IMG/VR virus record: IMGVR_UViG_3300021961_000042
Span: 41,564-105,563 of that record
Strand: one strand, 5' to 3'
DNA from: a virus
DNA: 64,000 nucleotides
Shown here: positions 1 through 9,315 of the stretch, in pieces
Layout of the letters: every line of letters begins with the position of its first letter
How positions within the stretch are numbered: the first letter of the stretch is position 1
Program-made: the position numbers and the translations under genes
Notes under the pieces: model-generated
Told to the model about the DNA's origin: nothing
What the model saw: only the letters and a program-made list of their open reading frames with translations
Database searches by the model: none

Positions 1-3000
1 TTAAATTTAATATTTGATATATTATTTGTTATCATAATTGGAATTTGTAATGCATTAAATTGGGTTAGAAGAAAATTTAATTTAAGTGAATTAAATTGTC
101 CTGATAGTAACCCAATTAGATTAGATGATAGGACATTTCCTAGATTATCATTACCTATGATGGGTTATCCTGATTGTGAGGCGTGTACTTGTGAAACATA
201 TGAAATGGCGCAGGATTTAAGCGACCCAATATATGCGGTTGAAAGAATAAATTATAGCGTTTTAATTGATAGTAATAGTGCTGGTGAATATACTTGGACA
301 GAACTACAAGAATATCAAAAATTAATATCACCTGCATACTGTAATACATTTGATACTTGTGAAATTGACGAACAATCATTCTTTTTTGGAATAAACCAAG
401 GATTTGCCGGATATAGTGGACCATATACACAATTATCAAAAACAAATGTAGTTGTTTGGCCAAAACAAGATAGTAGAGTCGGGGCTTTAGGTTATACACC
501 AAATTGGTCACACATTTTAAATAAATTAAATTCAAGAGGTGCTTATTTTGAAAACGGTACTTTTATAAAAACCACCGTGAAAAATATAAATCCTCAAACA
601 AACGTAGAACAACCATCAGAACCATTTTTAGACCTACCATTAATATTAATTTGTGATGAAGGGACTTTACAACAACTAGGGGGTGCGGGACAGTTATTGA
701 CTTTTACAGATATTACAAAAATAAATGACCCAAATTTAACAGGAGCAACATTAAATCAATTTGGTACTTTAGGAGTTACTGGAACAACCTCAAATAATCA
801 AAGTAATTTAATAACAATAAATGAAAGTTTTATAACACCAGGTCTACAACTTTCAGCAGCAACCCTTCACCTCAAATTAACAGAACAAACTAAAGATTAC
901 AAGTTTCCTGCTGGTGTCGAATACTTTCAAATAATAACAGGAGGAACCTTAAATCAATTTGAACAAATAGCAGATATATACTCACAGTATGGGGTATTAA
1001 GAAATTTTGTTTATGAAACAGGGATTAAATTTAGATGGGGTAATGGGTATTTCACTGCAGAAGATTGGGGTGGAAGGTTCAGTAACCAAGTGACATCAAT
1101 AGACGTTGATTTAAATAATAATATAATAGTTGGAGGTCAATTTGAATATTACTCACAATCCACAACAAACTTCAATAATGGAAACTTAACGTCAGGTATA
1201 GTAAAACTAAGTAATAGTGATGGAAGTGTAGACGCCGATTTTGGTAACGGATCGGGGTACGGTAGCTACGATAGTGGGTTTGGTACAGGTGTGGTTATGG
1301 CACTTGAAACCCAAAGTGATGGTAAAGTTGTTGTTGGTGGTGGTTTTGATACATATTGGGACGCAGGTAATCAATCAACAGGATTAGGTAGTATTGTTAG
1401 GTTAAATGACCCTTATGGTGAAATTGACACCACATTTAATTTTGGTGGGTCTGGATTTCAAGGACCATTTATACTTAACGTTAAGGCAATTAAAATACAA
1501 CCTGCGGATCAAAAAATATTAGTTGGTGGTAGTTTTGCATCGTATAATGGAACACTTATAAATGGATTGATAAGACTAGAAACTGATGGTAGTATTGATA
1601 GTACATTCGTATCTAACTTAGGATCAGGTATATCAGGAGCTGAAGGTGTATGGTCAATAGATTTATTAAGTGATGGTAGGATTGTTGTTGGTGGTGATTT
1701 TACAACAGTTAACAGTAACTCTTATAATAATATAGTTGTTTTGAATCCTAACGGAACAATAGATACAAACTTTATTGTAGGTAGTGGTTTTGACGTTAAA
1801 GTTTTTTCAGTTAAAGTGGATAGTAATGATAATATTTTTGTAGGTGGAGAATTTACAACATATAATGGAAATTTAGCACCTAAACTTACAAAATTATTAT
1901 CCACAAATGGAAATATAGATTCATCATTTGTTTTGGATCCGTCAATAAACACTGCATTATCAAACAACACAAACTTTTTAATTAAAACAATTGAGTTAGA
2001 TACATTTAATAATAATATTTTAATTGGTGGGTTATTTTCTATTGAGGGAAGAAATAATATAATGAGAATAACCAATAATGGAGGAACAGACCCAACGTTT
2101 AATTCCAATTTTAACTGGGGTACTTTAGTTTCTGTTATTAAATTTCTTCCTGACAACTCAATTTGTGTTGGGGGTAATTTTGGACCAAATGTTAATGAAA
2201 ACACGGCAAATATTAGAAGAATAACAAATAGTGGTACTAAATTTACAACAATAAATATAAATAACCAAATACCATTCAATACTTGGCATAACGTGGCACA
2301 AGGTTATAATGCTTATCCAAAATTCTTTTTTGAAAATTTTGGAAATAAAGAAATAATATTTTTAACAAGAGGCACTGACCCTTATACTCAAAAACAAACA
2401 ATAGAGTACGATTTGTCTGTATTATTTGGTTTATCGTATGACACAGTAAAGGTTAAGGGGGAATATTATTTAAATGTTCCAATAAAACCTAATTTTGTTA
2501 ATCAGTCAGGGCAGAATGCTTCCACCACTAATCTACCTTGGCAAGAACCTGGAATATCAAACTCATTATGGTATGGAGGAGGAACAACACCCGAAAGTCA
2601 CGATGTTATAAACAATAACAATCCTATATTATTCCATAAACCATATAATAATTTTAATATACCAACCAGCTCTTGGACCGCCTTCACAAATAACTCTTTG
2701 AAATATTATAACTCAACTGATAAATCTAGAGTAAATCACGTTGCGTTTCCTGGTGACAGTAAAAATATAGGAAATTTTACCCAAAATTTTGGAAGAGAAT
2801 CGACGGTTAGTTATCAATATGTAAACGGTAAAAACACTATAGGTATTCAGTGGTCTCAGGGAGACCCACCAAGCACTATACCAACAACACCTGATTATTA
2901 TGTTAACTCTAATGTTGGGGATCCTGTTTATAAACAAGGTAATATTGAAGGTGCTTCATTTTTGGCTGCTGACTTTTCACCAGGTGAAATATTTGATTTA

Positions 3001-4698
3001 GAAGATTCGTCAAAATTCGCTAGGGTTTTTTCACCTGCATATCATTTAGATTATTTAACAGATAATGTTATGATAAACAAACAAAGATTAGTTTTTAGAA
3101 GTGACAGATTACCAACATCTACTACAACAGAAGTTAATGGAAACACTTCTTATTCACTTTTCTTAAATGATAATTTTGCAATATATAGAATTTCAGATCA
3201 AGGCATATTGGAAGGTCTTACTTATCAAATAAACCAACAAACAGACACTACAAACAATTTTCAAGATTTTGCTGATGATAACTCAAGTCAAGTTAATGAT
3301 GCGATTCTTAATACTTTGACATGTGAAGGTTTAAAACCACTTGATTGTTATGTTGGACAAGGAACCTCTTTTTCTGTTTCAGACCCATGTCCGACAAATG
3401 AAGACACTAGTTTATCAACACAAAGAGTTATTGGTGGTTGTTATTATTTTGTACAAGAACCATTTTTTAAAGTTGAGAGCATTAAAAAAGACATTAACTT
3501 TTTTGCTGAATGGAAAGCAAGATTTAGATTTACATATGCGGCATGTAGAGGTGTTATAAGTCATGTATTTCAAAATAATTGGGTCAATGGAAGTCTATAT
3601 ATGTTCCCAATAAAAAAACAAACAATATTTGATATACAAGGAAACCCAACAAAAAGAATACATTGTGGATCAAAAGATACTTTTTACAGTGATCAAGGAC
3701 CAGTTTACTACAACGAAGATTATAACGGATATTTTTATAGAGCAACACCGTATAATCAAACAAATGGTTTCATAGGTCAAAAACCTAAATATTTTGATAC
3801 CACAACAATAACATGGATAGATGCTGAACCTAAGTTTAAGGGAATGAATAAAAGAAATATCCATTTCCCAACAACAATAATGGATTTAGGGGCTAGAGAT
3901 CAATTCGCAAAAGAAATATGTTTTAATCCTGAACTTGAAGGGTATTTAATAGAAACAATAAAATCCACATCATTTAATGAAACTTCAGACATACTTCTAT
4001 TTTTTATTTTATCAAGACTACTTAGCTCAACTAACGGACAAAGATTGATAGGTTCTGGAGACGCGTCAATTAATACTATATTTAGTAGAAGTGAAAATAG
4101 AATAGACGGAGATTTGGCCCAATTATTCAGTATAAATTCAGAGTATGGTATTGTACCATTTAATGATCAATTTTATGATGATTTTGATATATATTTAGAT
4201 TCTCAAGGTAGTGCATTAATTGGAATTTTCTTTAGTGCCGATACCAAAAATAGAATACTTTTAACTCCTGGCATTAATACGTTTGGCGCCGTACAACAAC
4301 TCATACCATATCCAAAAACACAAGAAGTACCTTTTTACAAATGGAGAAAAGTTGACCCACAAGCGTCAACACCTAGTGACCCACAACCCGCACCAACAAT
4401 TTTTGGATCTGAATTAAATGATTGGAATACCGATTTACAAACAACTAATAACTTGTATTCGGTAAAATACCAAACAATGTCATTTAATGGTACGCCTTAT
4501 TTTCAATCAACTAATGGAAATAACACCGGATATATAATTAACTATGGAGTTAATGGACAACCAACACCAACACCTTCTCAAAATCAAGCAACTGATTCAT
4601 TTATTGTTGGTGCCCCTTACCATTTTTATTTTGGGTTAAATAAAGGAAAAAGTGCAATGAACAGGTACATATCAAAATATATAGTAGGTCAAGAATAA
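1..4698 (+). CDS. Large virion structural protein, 5'-truncated, with internal Delta-60-like beta-propeller repeats
   Basis: Frame is open from base 1, upstream of the called ATG at 157. About 7 repeats of the type DGK(I/V)VVGGxF...G.(I/L)D.(T/S)F at ~1070-2240. Translationally coupled to the structural block. Confidence 0.7.
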   Translation, partial: LNLIFDILFVIIIGICNALNWVRRKFNLSELNCPDSNPIRLDDRTFPRLSLPMMGYPDCEACTCETYEMAQDLSDPIYAVERINYSVLIDSNSAGEYTWTELQEYQKLISPAYCNTFDTCEIDEQSFFFGINQGFAGYSGPYTQLSKTNVVVWPKQDSRVGALGYTPNWSHILNKLNSRGAYFENGTFIKTTVKNINPQTNVEQPSEPFLDLPLILICDEGTLQQLGGAGQLLTFTDITKINDPNLTGATLNQFGTLGVTGTTSNNQSNLITINESFITPGLQLSAATLHLKLTEQTKDYKFPAGVEYFQIITGGTLNQFEQIADIYSQYGVLRNFVYETGIKFRWGNGYFTAEDWGGRFSNQVTSIDVDLNNNIIVGGQFEYYSQSTTNFNNGNLTSGIVKLSNSDGSVDADFGNGSGYGSYDSGFGTGVVMALETQSDGKVVVGGGFDTYWDAGNQSTGLGSIVRLNDPYGEIDTTFNFGGSGFQGPFILNVKAIKIQPADQKILVGGSFASYNGTLINGLIRLETDGSIDSTFVSNLGSGISGAEGVWSIDLLSDGRIVVGGDFTTVNSNSYNNIVVLNPNGTIDTNFIVGSGFDVKVFSVKVDSNDNIFVGGEFTTYNGNLAPKLTKLLSTNGNIDSSFVLDPSINTALSNNTNFLIKTIELDTFNNNILIGGLFSIEGRNNIMRITNNGGTDPTFNSNFNWGTLVSVIKFLPDNSICVGGNFGPNVNENTANIRRITNSGTKFTTININNQIPFNTWHNVAQGYNAYPKFFFENFGNKEIIFLTRGTDPYTQKQTIEYDLSVLFGLSYDTVKVKGEYYLNVPIKPNFVNQSGQNASTTNLPWQEPGISNSLWYGGGTTPESHDVINNNNPILFHKPYNNFNIPTSSWTAFTNNSLKYYNSTDKSRVNHVAFPGDSKNIGNFTQNFGRESTVSYQYVNGKNTIGIQWSQGDPPSTIPTTPDYYVNSNVGDPVYKQGNIEGASFLAADFSPGEIFDLEDSSKFARVFSPAYHLDYLTDNVMINKQRLVFRSDRLPTSTTTEVNGNTSYSLFLNDNFAIYRISDQGILEGLTYQINQQTDTTNNFQDFADDNSSQVNDAILNTLTCEGLKPLDCYVGQGTSFSVSDPCPTNEDTSLSTQRVIGGCYYFVQEPFFKVESIKKDINFFAEWKARFRFTYAACRGVISHVFQNNWVNGSLYMFPIKKQTIFDIQGNPTKRIHCGSKDTFYSDQGPVYYNEDYNGYFYRATPYNQTNGFIGQKPKYFDTTTITWIDAEPKFKGMNKRNIHFPTTIMDLGARDQFAKEICFNPELEGYLIETIKSTSFNETSDILLFFILSRLLSSTNGQRLIGSGDASINTIFSRSENRIDGDLAQLFSINSEYGIVPFNDQFYDDFDIYLDSQGSALIGIFFSADTKNRILLTPGINTFGAVQQLIPYPKTQEVPFYKWRKVDPQASTPSDPQPAPTIFGSELNDWNTDLQTTNNLYSVKYQTMSFNGTPYFQSTNGNNTGYIINYGVNGQPTPTPSQNQATDSFIVGAPYHFYFGLNKGKSAMNRYISKYIVGQE

Positions 4699-6407
4699 TG
4701 AGTGGAGAAAAACAAATATCATATATTTTAGGTAATAAAAGATTTGCGGGTAGTACAATAACGCCACAACAAATACCGTTAAACCTACAAAGTAATTACA
4801 GAAACTATGTTCAAGGAGATAGAAGTACACTGGTTGATTTACCACAAATTTTTGATTTTGAAAGACAAAACTCATCTACATTTAGAATAAGTGGTAAAAT
4901 TATAAACATATTCGATAATTCAATATCAGGAAAAACCAATTATACACCATTCAAAAATAATTTATATTATTTAGATTCGGCAAATTCAGTAAATACTAAC
5001 GTATGGAAAGGTTACCCACAATATGACGAGTTTTCTTTTATAAGAAATTTAGCAGTTACTTCACATATAGATTTTGTTTCTAAAAGTGCGACAACATATA
5101 ATTGGGGTGTTTATGCTAGTTATGCGTATAGTAGTACTACTGCTCAAACTATGACATATTATAGTGAAAAGTTTGGTGTAAATAATACTTTTTCTGTTAG
5201 TGATGGAATTCCTTTTGTTATTGATACAGGAACAATTGATGGTAAATCTTTAGTTTTCTTTTATTGTGCCACAGACCATAACTTAAAAGAAAATGATTAC
5301 GTTAAATTAAATATATCAATTAATAATAAAGATTTATATAGTGTTTATTCTTTAGGTGATGGAACCTATAGGTCAGAAAAAAGAGTATTTGCAATATACA
5401 ATTTAAAATTTAATACAAGTGATATTGTATCAGGAAGAGTCGGTAACTTTAAAAGAGTAACAGACATTTCTAATACCGCAGAAACAACATCTAACTATTA
5501 TGTTAGGCTTCATAAGATTTTAAAAACACCAAAAGACATTTTTTTAGTTAATAGCGGTTATGAAAATAACCCATTCCCAATAAAAAAGAAACTTGAATTT
5601 TCTGGATTAACACCAAATAGTGTTCAAAGAATTTCAGTAAAAGACGGATCCCAAACTTATGGGTTTTCGGTTAATTCTGATATAGATATTGAGAATTTAC
5701 TTGATTGTAACGGAAGACCAATTACCGAACTGTTTATAACTATAGTTAATCGAGGTTATATGGGTTGGTTTAACCAACCTAGCGGTAATGGAACAAGAGC
5801 GATCGATGTTGGATGGGAGTTTAACTTTTCAAAGGACTTTTATGATAATTGGTGGAATCATAATTCGACAGATAATAAAGATAACATTTTTGTTGATTCT
5901 TATAATAGGTCCAACCAAACATTTTACTATAACAAACTTTTAAATGAGGGTGATGTAATAAAAGGCGATTTTTGCGAATATAATAATATTGAACAAATAG
6001 AAAAAGTACTTTCACCTATTTATCACAAATACTCTTATAATCCTAATATTTTTTTAGATGATCAAACGATAAACGCACCACAATATCCTTCAGGTTATTT
6101 ATATAAACCACATTATAGTGTGCCGGTAAGAACGTTTAGTGATTATCAAGAAAGATCAGGTCTAAATGAAATCGATAATGCTCCATTTTATGCTTATTAC
6201 TCTAACTATTTTGAAAAATTTATATGGAGAGATATCTATGATTATGGGTTTATTGATAATGATGGAAATGGTTTAAATGTTCCATTTGTAAATGGAGCTC
6301 ATTATCCCTATAAAAATATAGTATTTTTACATCACCCTGTATTTAGAAACACAGAAACAATTGATACAATACTAATAAACCCAATAGAAGTAGACGAGTG
6401 TGAGTAA
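4698..6407 (+). CDS. Putative virion structural protein
   Basis: 569 aa, TAATG-coupled to upstream gene, N/Y/F-rich, in structural cluster. Confidence 0.55.
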   Translation: MSGEKQISYILGNKRFAGSTITPQQIPLNLQSNYRNYVQGDRSTLVDLPQIFDFERQNSSTFRISGKIINIFDNSISGKTNYTPFKNNLYYLDSANSVNTNVWKGYPQYDEFSFIRNLAVTSHIDFVSKSATTYNWGVYASYAYSSTTAQTMTYYSEKFGVNNTFSVSDGIPFVIDTGTIDGKSLVFFYCATDHNLKENDYVKLNISINNKDLYSVYSLGDGTYRSEKRVFAIYNLKFNTSDIVSGRVGNFKRVTDISNTAETTSNYYVRLHKILKTPKDIFLVNSGYENNPFPIKKKLEFSGLTPNSVQRISVKDGSQTYGFSVNSDIDIENLLDCNGRPITELFITIVNRGYMGWFNQPSGNGTRAIDVGWEFNFSKDFYDNWWNHNSTDNKDNIFVDSYNRSNQTFYYNKLLNEGDVIKGDFCEYNNIEQIEKVLSPIYHKYSYNPNIFLDDQTINAPQYPSGYLYKPHYSVPVRTFSDYQERSGLNEIDNAPFYAYYSNYFEKFIWRDIYDYGFIDNDGNGLNVPFVNGAHYPYKNIVFLHHPVFRNTETIDTILINPIEVDECE

Positions 6408-7287
6408 TTATAGATTTCCAATATCAAGTAATAGTAAATATATTAATATCCCTATTGATATGAATTTTGATTTTGAGGGTAGAGATAATGCGATACAAAA
6501 ATACGAAACGGAAATAAAAAATAAATTAATTAATCCAATAATTGATTTTGATACGACTAAATTCTCACATTCAGCGTATACTCAATTAATCAATACTGTC
6601 ATAACAACAACAACACCATTAGGTTTACAATTAACAATACCGATAACCGTACCTAATGTAGAAACTTCTATAAATTATGAGTTTTACTTTTTTGATTTTT
6701 TAACAAATGTAACGGCATCTACTATTAACAATTGGGCGACAGACTATGAAAACGCCAGTTTTACAGATGCCGAAATATATTATTTTGCAAACTCATTTAA
6801 GGGTAGTTTTTTTAAATTAGATTTTTATGACACAAATAATTCACAAAATCAATTGTTATTATTTACCGTTATTATACCAACACAGCAAGGACTTAAAGAA
6901 CCAGGTACGATAGGTCCCGTGACTAATCAAACAAATGTTGAAGTAAAAAAACCAAAATTTATTTTAGATTCAATAGGAAAAGATAAGGAGGGTTATTTTT
7001 TATATTGGTTGAAAAATAAAGATTACTTACTTACAAATGAAATTTATTGTTCAGTAAAATTCTTTAACGCAAAAAAAGGTGAATTTATAAGAATGATAAA
7101 TAAACCACAGTCCGATTTTTCAGGAATAAACATGTTAAACTTGGAACAAGAAATATATTTCTATTTGAAATATAAATTGGATTACGACACAAATGAGTAC
7201 GTTGTTTTTCAAGAAAACAATAACACAACAATAAGGGTTGGAACTACTAACGAACCCATAAAATGGTATGAATACGTTAACCCATAA
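6400..7287 (+). CDS. Putative virion structural protein
   Basis: 295 aa, GTG start overlapping previous stop. Confidence 0.5.
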   Translation: MSNYRFPISSNSKYINIPIDMNFDFEGRDNAIQKYETEIKNKLINPIIDFDTTKFSHSAYTQLINTVITTTTPLGLQLTIPITVPNVETSINYEFYFFDFLTNVTASTINNWATDYENASFTDAEIYYFANSFKGSFFKLDFYDTNNSQNQLLLFTVIIPTQQGLKEPGTIGPVTNQTNVEVKKPKFILDSIGKDKEGYFLYWLKNKDYLLTNEIYCSVKFFNAKKGEFIRMINKPQSDFSGINMLNLEQEIYFYLKYKLDYDTNEYVVFQENNNTTIRVGTTNEPIKWYEYVNP

Positions 7288-8369
7288 TGTCTAATAGTGT
7301 TTTAAAATATAGAATTAGTCCTGAGTTTCTTAAAACTGATATTTTTGAAGAAACATATAATGGAGTAGATTTTGGGGTCTATTCATCTATAACTGAAATA
7401 GTTAGCGGAGGAACTAATGGTAATTCATATTTAACCGGTTTAACTATACCTATTGTTTTAAATCAGTCATATAATGATATTGGTTATTATTCTGAGTTTA
7501 GTGGTTTTATTGATCAAAAAGATATTGTTGGAAATTTTGTTATTTCAGGTAATAGTCAAAACCCGTATACTGTAACCGTTTATAATTCAAGTTCTTTTGT
7601 GTTCAACAGTTACTTGCAATTGGCTAATTACACAATAGATTGGGGAGACGGATCTGTGTCAGGGCAATTATCTACAACTAATGGACAACAATCACACACA
7701 TATCAAAACTCACCAGGTAATTATATTATTACATTATCGCAATTAAATCCTTTTGGATTAACAACAATCCAAAAACCAATATTTTTACCATTTACGGGGG
7801 TAACCATAGATAACCAATTAGGTGAAGTTTTTTTTACACAACAAGGTGGTTCTTGGTCAGGGATACCGATTTCATATAACTACATTTTCACAGGTGATTC
7901 TGTTAATGACGCCCAATATCACGTATCAAGTAACTATACACAAGTACCTTTTAATATTGTTGGTAAAACAAAATCTAAGTTGAGACTTCTTAAATTATGG
8001 GGACCACAAGAATACATTCCTGGTTTTTTTGTGCAAATAAGTGATAACAGTATTGGTGTTGTTGATGAAATTGAGACTGATTATATTGCATACACTATCG
8101 ATGGAATACACTATATAGATTATTTTAGTGGGACAACTTTCTTTTCTTTTGAATCGTCAGGGTTTACTATTAATGATTTAGCGTCATCTGGTTTAACAAA
8201 AGACGAATTACTTTTAGATTTTGTTATGGCACCTGAAGTTCAGACAGACGTTTTTGTAGAAAGAGGTAAATACTCTCCTTTTGAATATACACAAAGACTT
8301 GGTGAGGTGGATAATGTAGGGGATTTACAAAGGTACGGATATGGTTTTTTTAAAATTAACACCACCTAA
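7287..8369 (+). CDS. Structural protein with PKD-like domain
   Basis: YTIDWGDGS...SHTY..PGNYIITL PKD signature. Confidence 0.6.
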   Translation: MSNSVLKYRISPEFLKTDIFEETYNGVDFGVYSSITEIVSGGTNGNSYLTGLTIPIVLNQSYNDIGYYSEFSGFIDQKDIVGNFVISGNSQNPYTVTVYNSSSFVFNSYLQLANYTIDWGDGSVSGQLSTTNGQQSHTYQNSPGNYIITLSQLNPFGLTTIQKPIFLPFTGVTIDNQLGEVFFTQQGGSWSGIPISYNYIFTGDSVNDAQYHVSSNYTQVPFNIVGKTKSKLRLLKLWGPQEYIPGFFVQISDNSIGVVDEIETDYIAYTIDGIHYIDYFSGTTFFSFESSGFTINDLASSGLTKDELLLDFVMAPEVQTDVFVERGKYSPFEYTQRLGEVDNVGDLQRYGYGFFKINTT

Positions 8370-8385
8370 AAAAAGGTACATAAAC

Positions 8386-8393
8386 TATTTATA
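8386..8393 (+). promoter_or_regulatory. TATTTATA putative phage late promoter (type copy of a recurrent motif)
   Basis: TATTTAT(A/T) lies a short distance upstream of ATGs at 8386, 15669, 19577, 24059, 26888, 31738, 33299, 39777, 43276, 48872, 54115, 58062, 62585, and on the minus strand upstream of 39746, 47950, 54041. Confidence 0.65.
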
Positions 8394-8406
8394 AAATAAA
8401 AAAAAT

Positions 8407-9315
8407 ATGGCACTTGGTTCATATGGTACAATAAGACCCGCAGACGTTTCACCGGCTGACGTAGAGATAATTTTACATTATACTCCGTCTAGAGATGTTA
8501 CAGCAAACTTTACGCTTAAAAAATTAAACTCAACACAAATTTTAACACCTTATTTCCATAATGGAAACACAGGTGGTAATACTAATATTGAAGTGTTAGG
8601 TGGTTTATATAATTTAAAACTACCAGCAGAAGAGTTTAATGCGATAGGTGTTTACACGGTGTATTTAAGACCTGCACAAATAAGAACAAGAATTAGCGAT
8701 TGTGGTACTCTATCCGCCTTACCAAACGTTAAAGGGATTATAGTGGACATAAGTAATGTACCTCAAAATTTTAGAAACAAATTCGTTAATCAAGGACTTG
8801 TTGGTTACAGAGTAGAATATTTGAATAATGACGGAAGTAAAATTCCTAACTTTTTTAGAATTATAACATCTTCATTTTTTTGTGAACCAACATTAACTGA
8901 TCAGGTTAATAGTTCTCAAAAAACATTAAGATATAGATATGTTGAAACTGGAAGCAATTTAATATTTTGTACATTATCACCATCGTCATCACCAACCAAC
9001 AAACCAAACGCAACTCCTTTTATAGGGCAACCCAATCAAAATATCATTATAACAAATACTTTTTTTAATCCAATATCAGTGGATATTGAAATCGGCGAGT
9101 ATGACTTAGATACTTTAGGAATTGCACTTTATGGTAACCAAACTAAGAGTATTGATGACGGGATTTATACTTTATATGATAGAGCAGGAAACATATATAA
9201 ACAATATAACTTATTTGAAGTTAGGGATAATTTCAACGAATTACTATACGAAGTTAGACAAGATAGAGGTAGTAATATTGATTTTACTAAAAACTTTACA
9301 AATATAATTACTTAA
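8407..9315 (+). CDS. Putative virion/baseplate protein
   Basis: 302 aa, TATTTATA upstream, structural cluster. Confidence 0.55.
   Translation: MALGSYGTIRPADVSPADVEIILHYTPSRDVTANFTLKKLNSTQILTPYFHNGNTGGNTNIEVLGGLYNLKLPAEEFNAIGVYTVYLRPAQIRTRISDCGTLSALPNVKGIIVDISNVPQNFRNKFVNQGLVGYRVEYLNNDGSKIPNFFRIITSSFFCEPTLTDQVNSSQKTLRYRYVETGSNLIFCTLSPSSSPTNKPNATPFIGQPNQNIIITNTFFNPISVDIEIGEYDLDTLGIALYGNQTKSIDDGIYTLYDRAGNIYKQYNLFEVRDNFNELLYEVRQDRGSNIDFTKNFTNIIT

Noticed and set aside
1722-2279. Antisense ORFs over long genes (also 12496, 20043, 24196, 26884, 34026, 42367, 42780)
   Set aside because: Shadows of biased or repetitive plus-strand coding sequence
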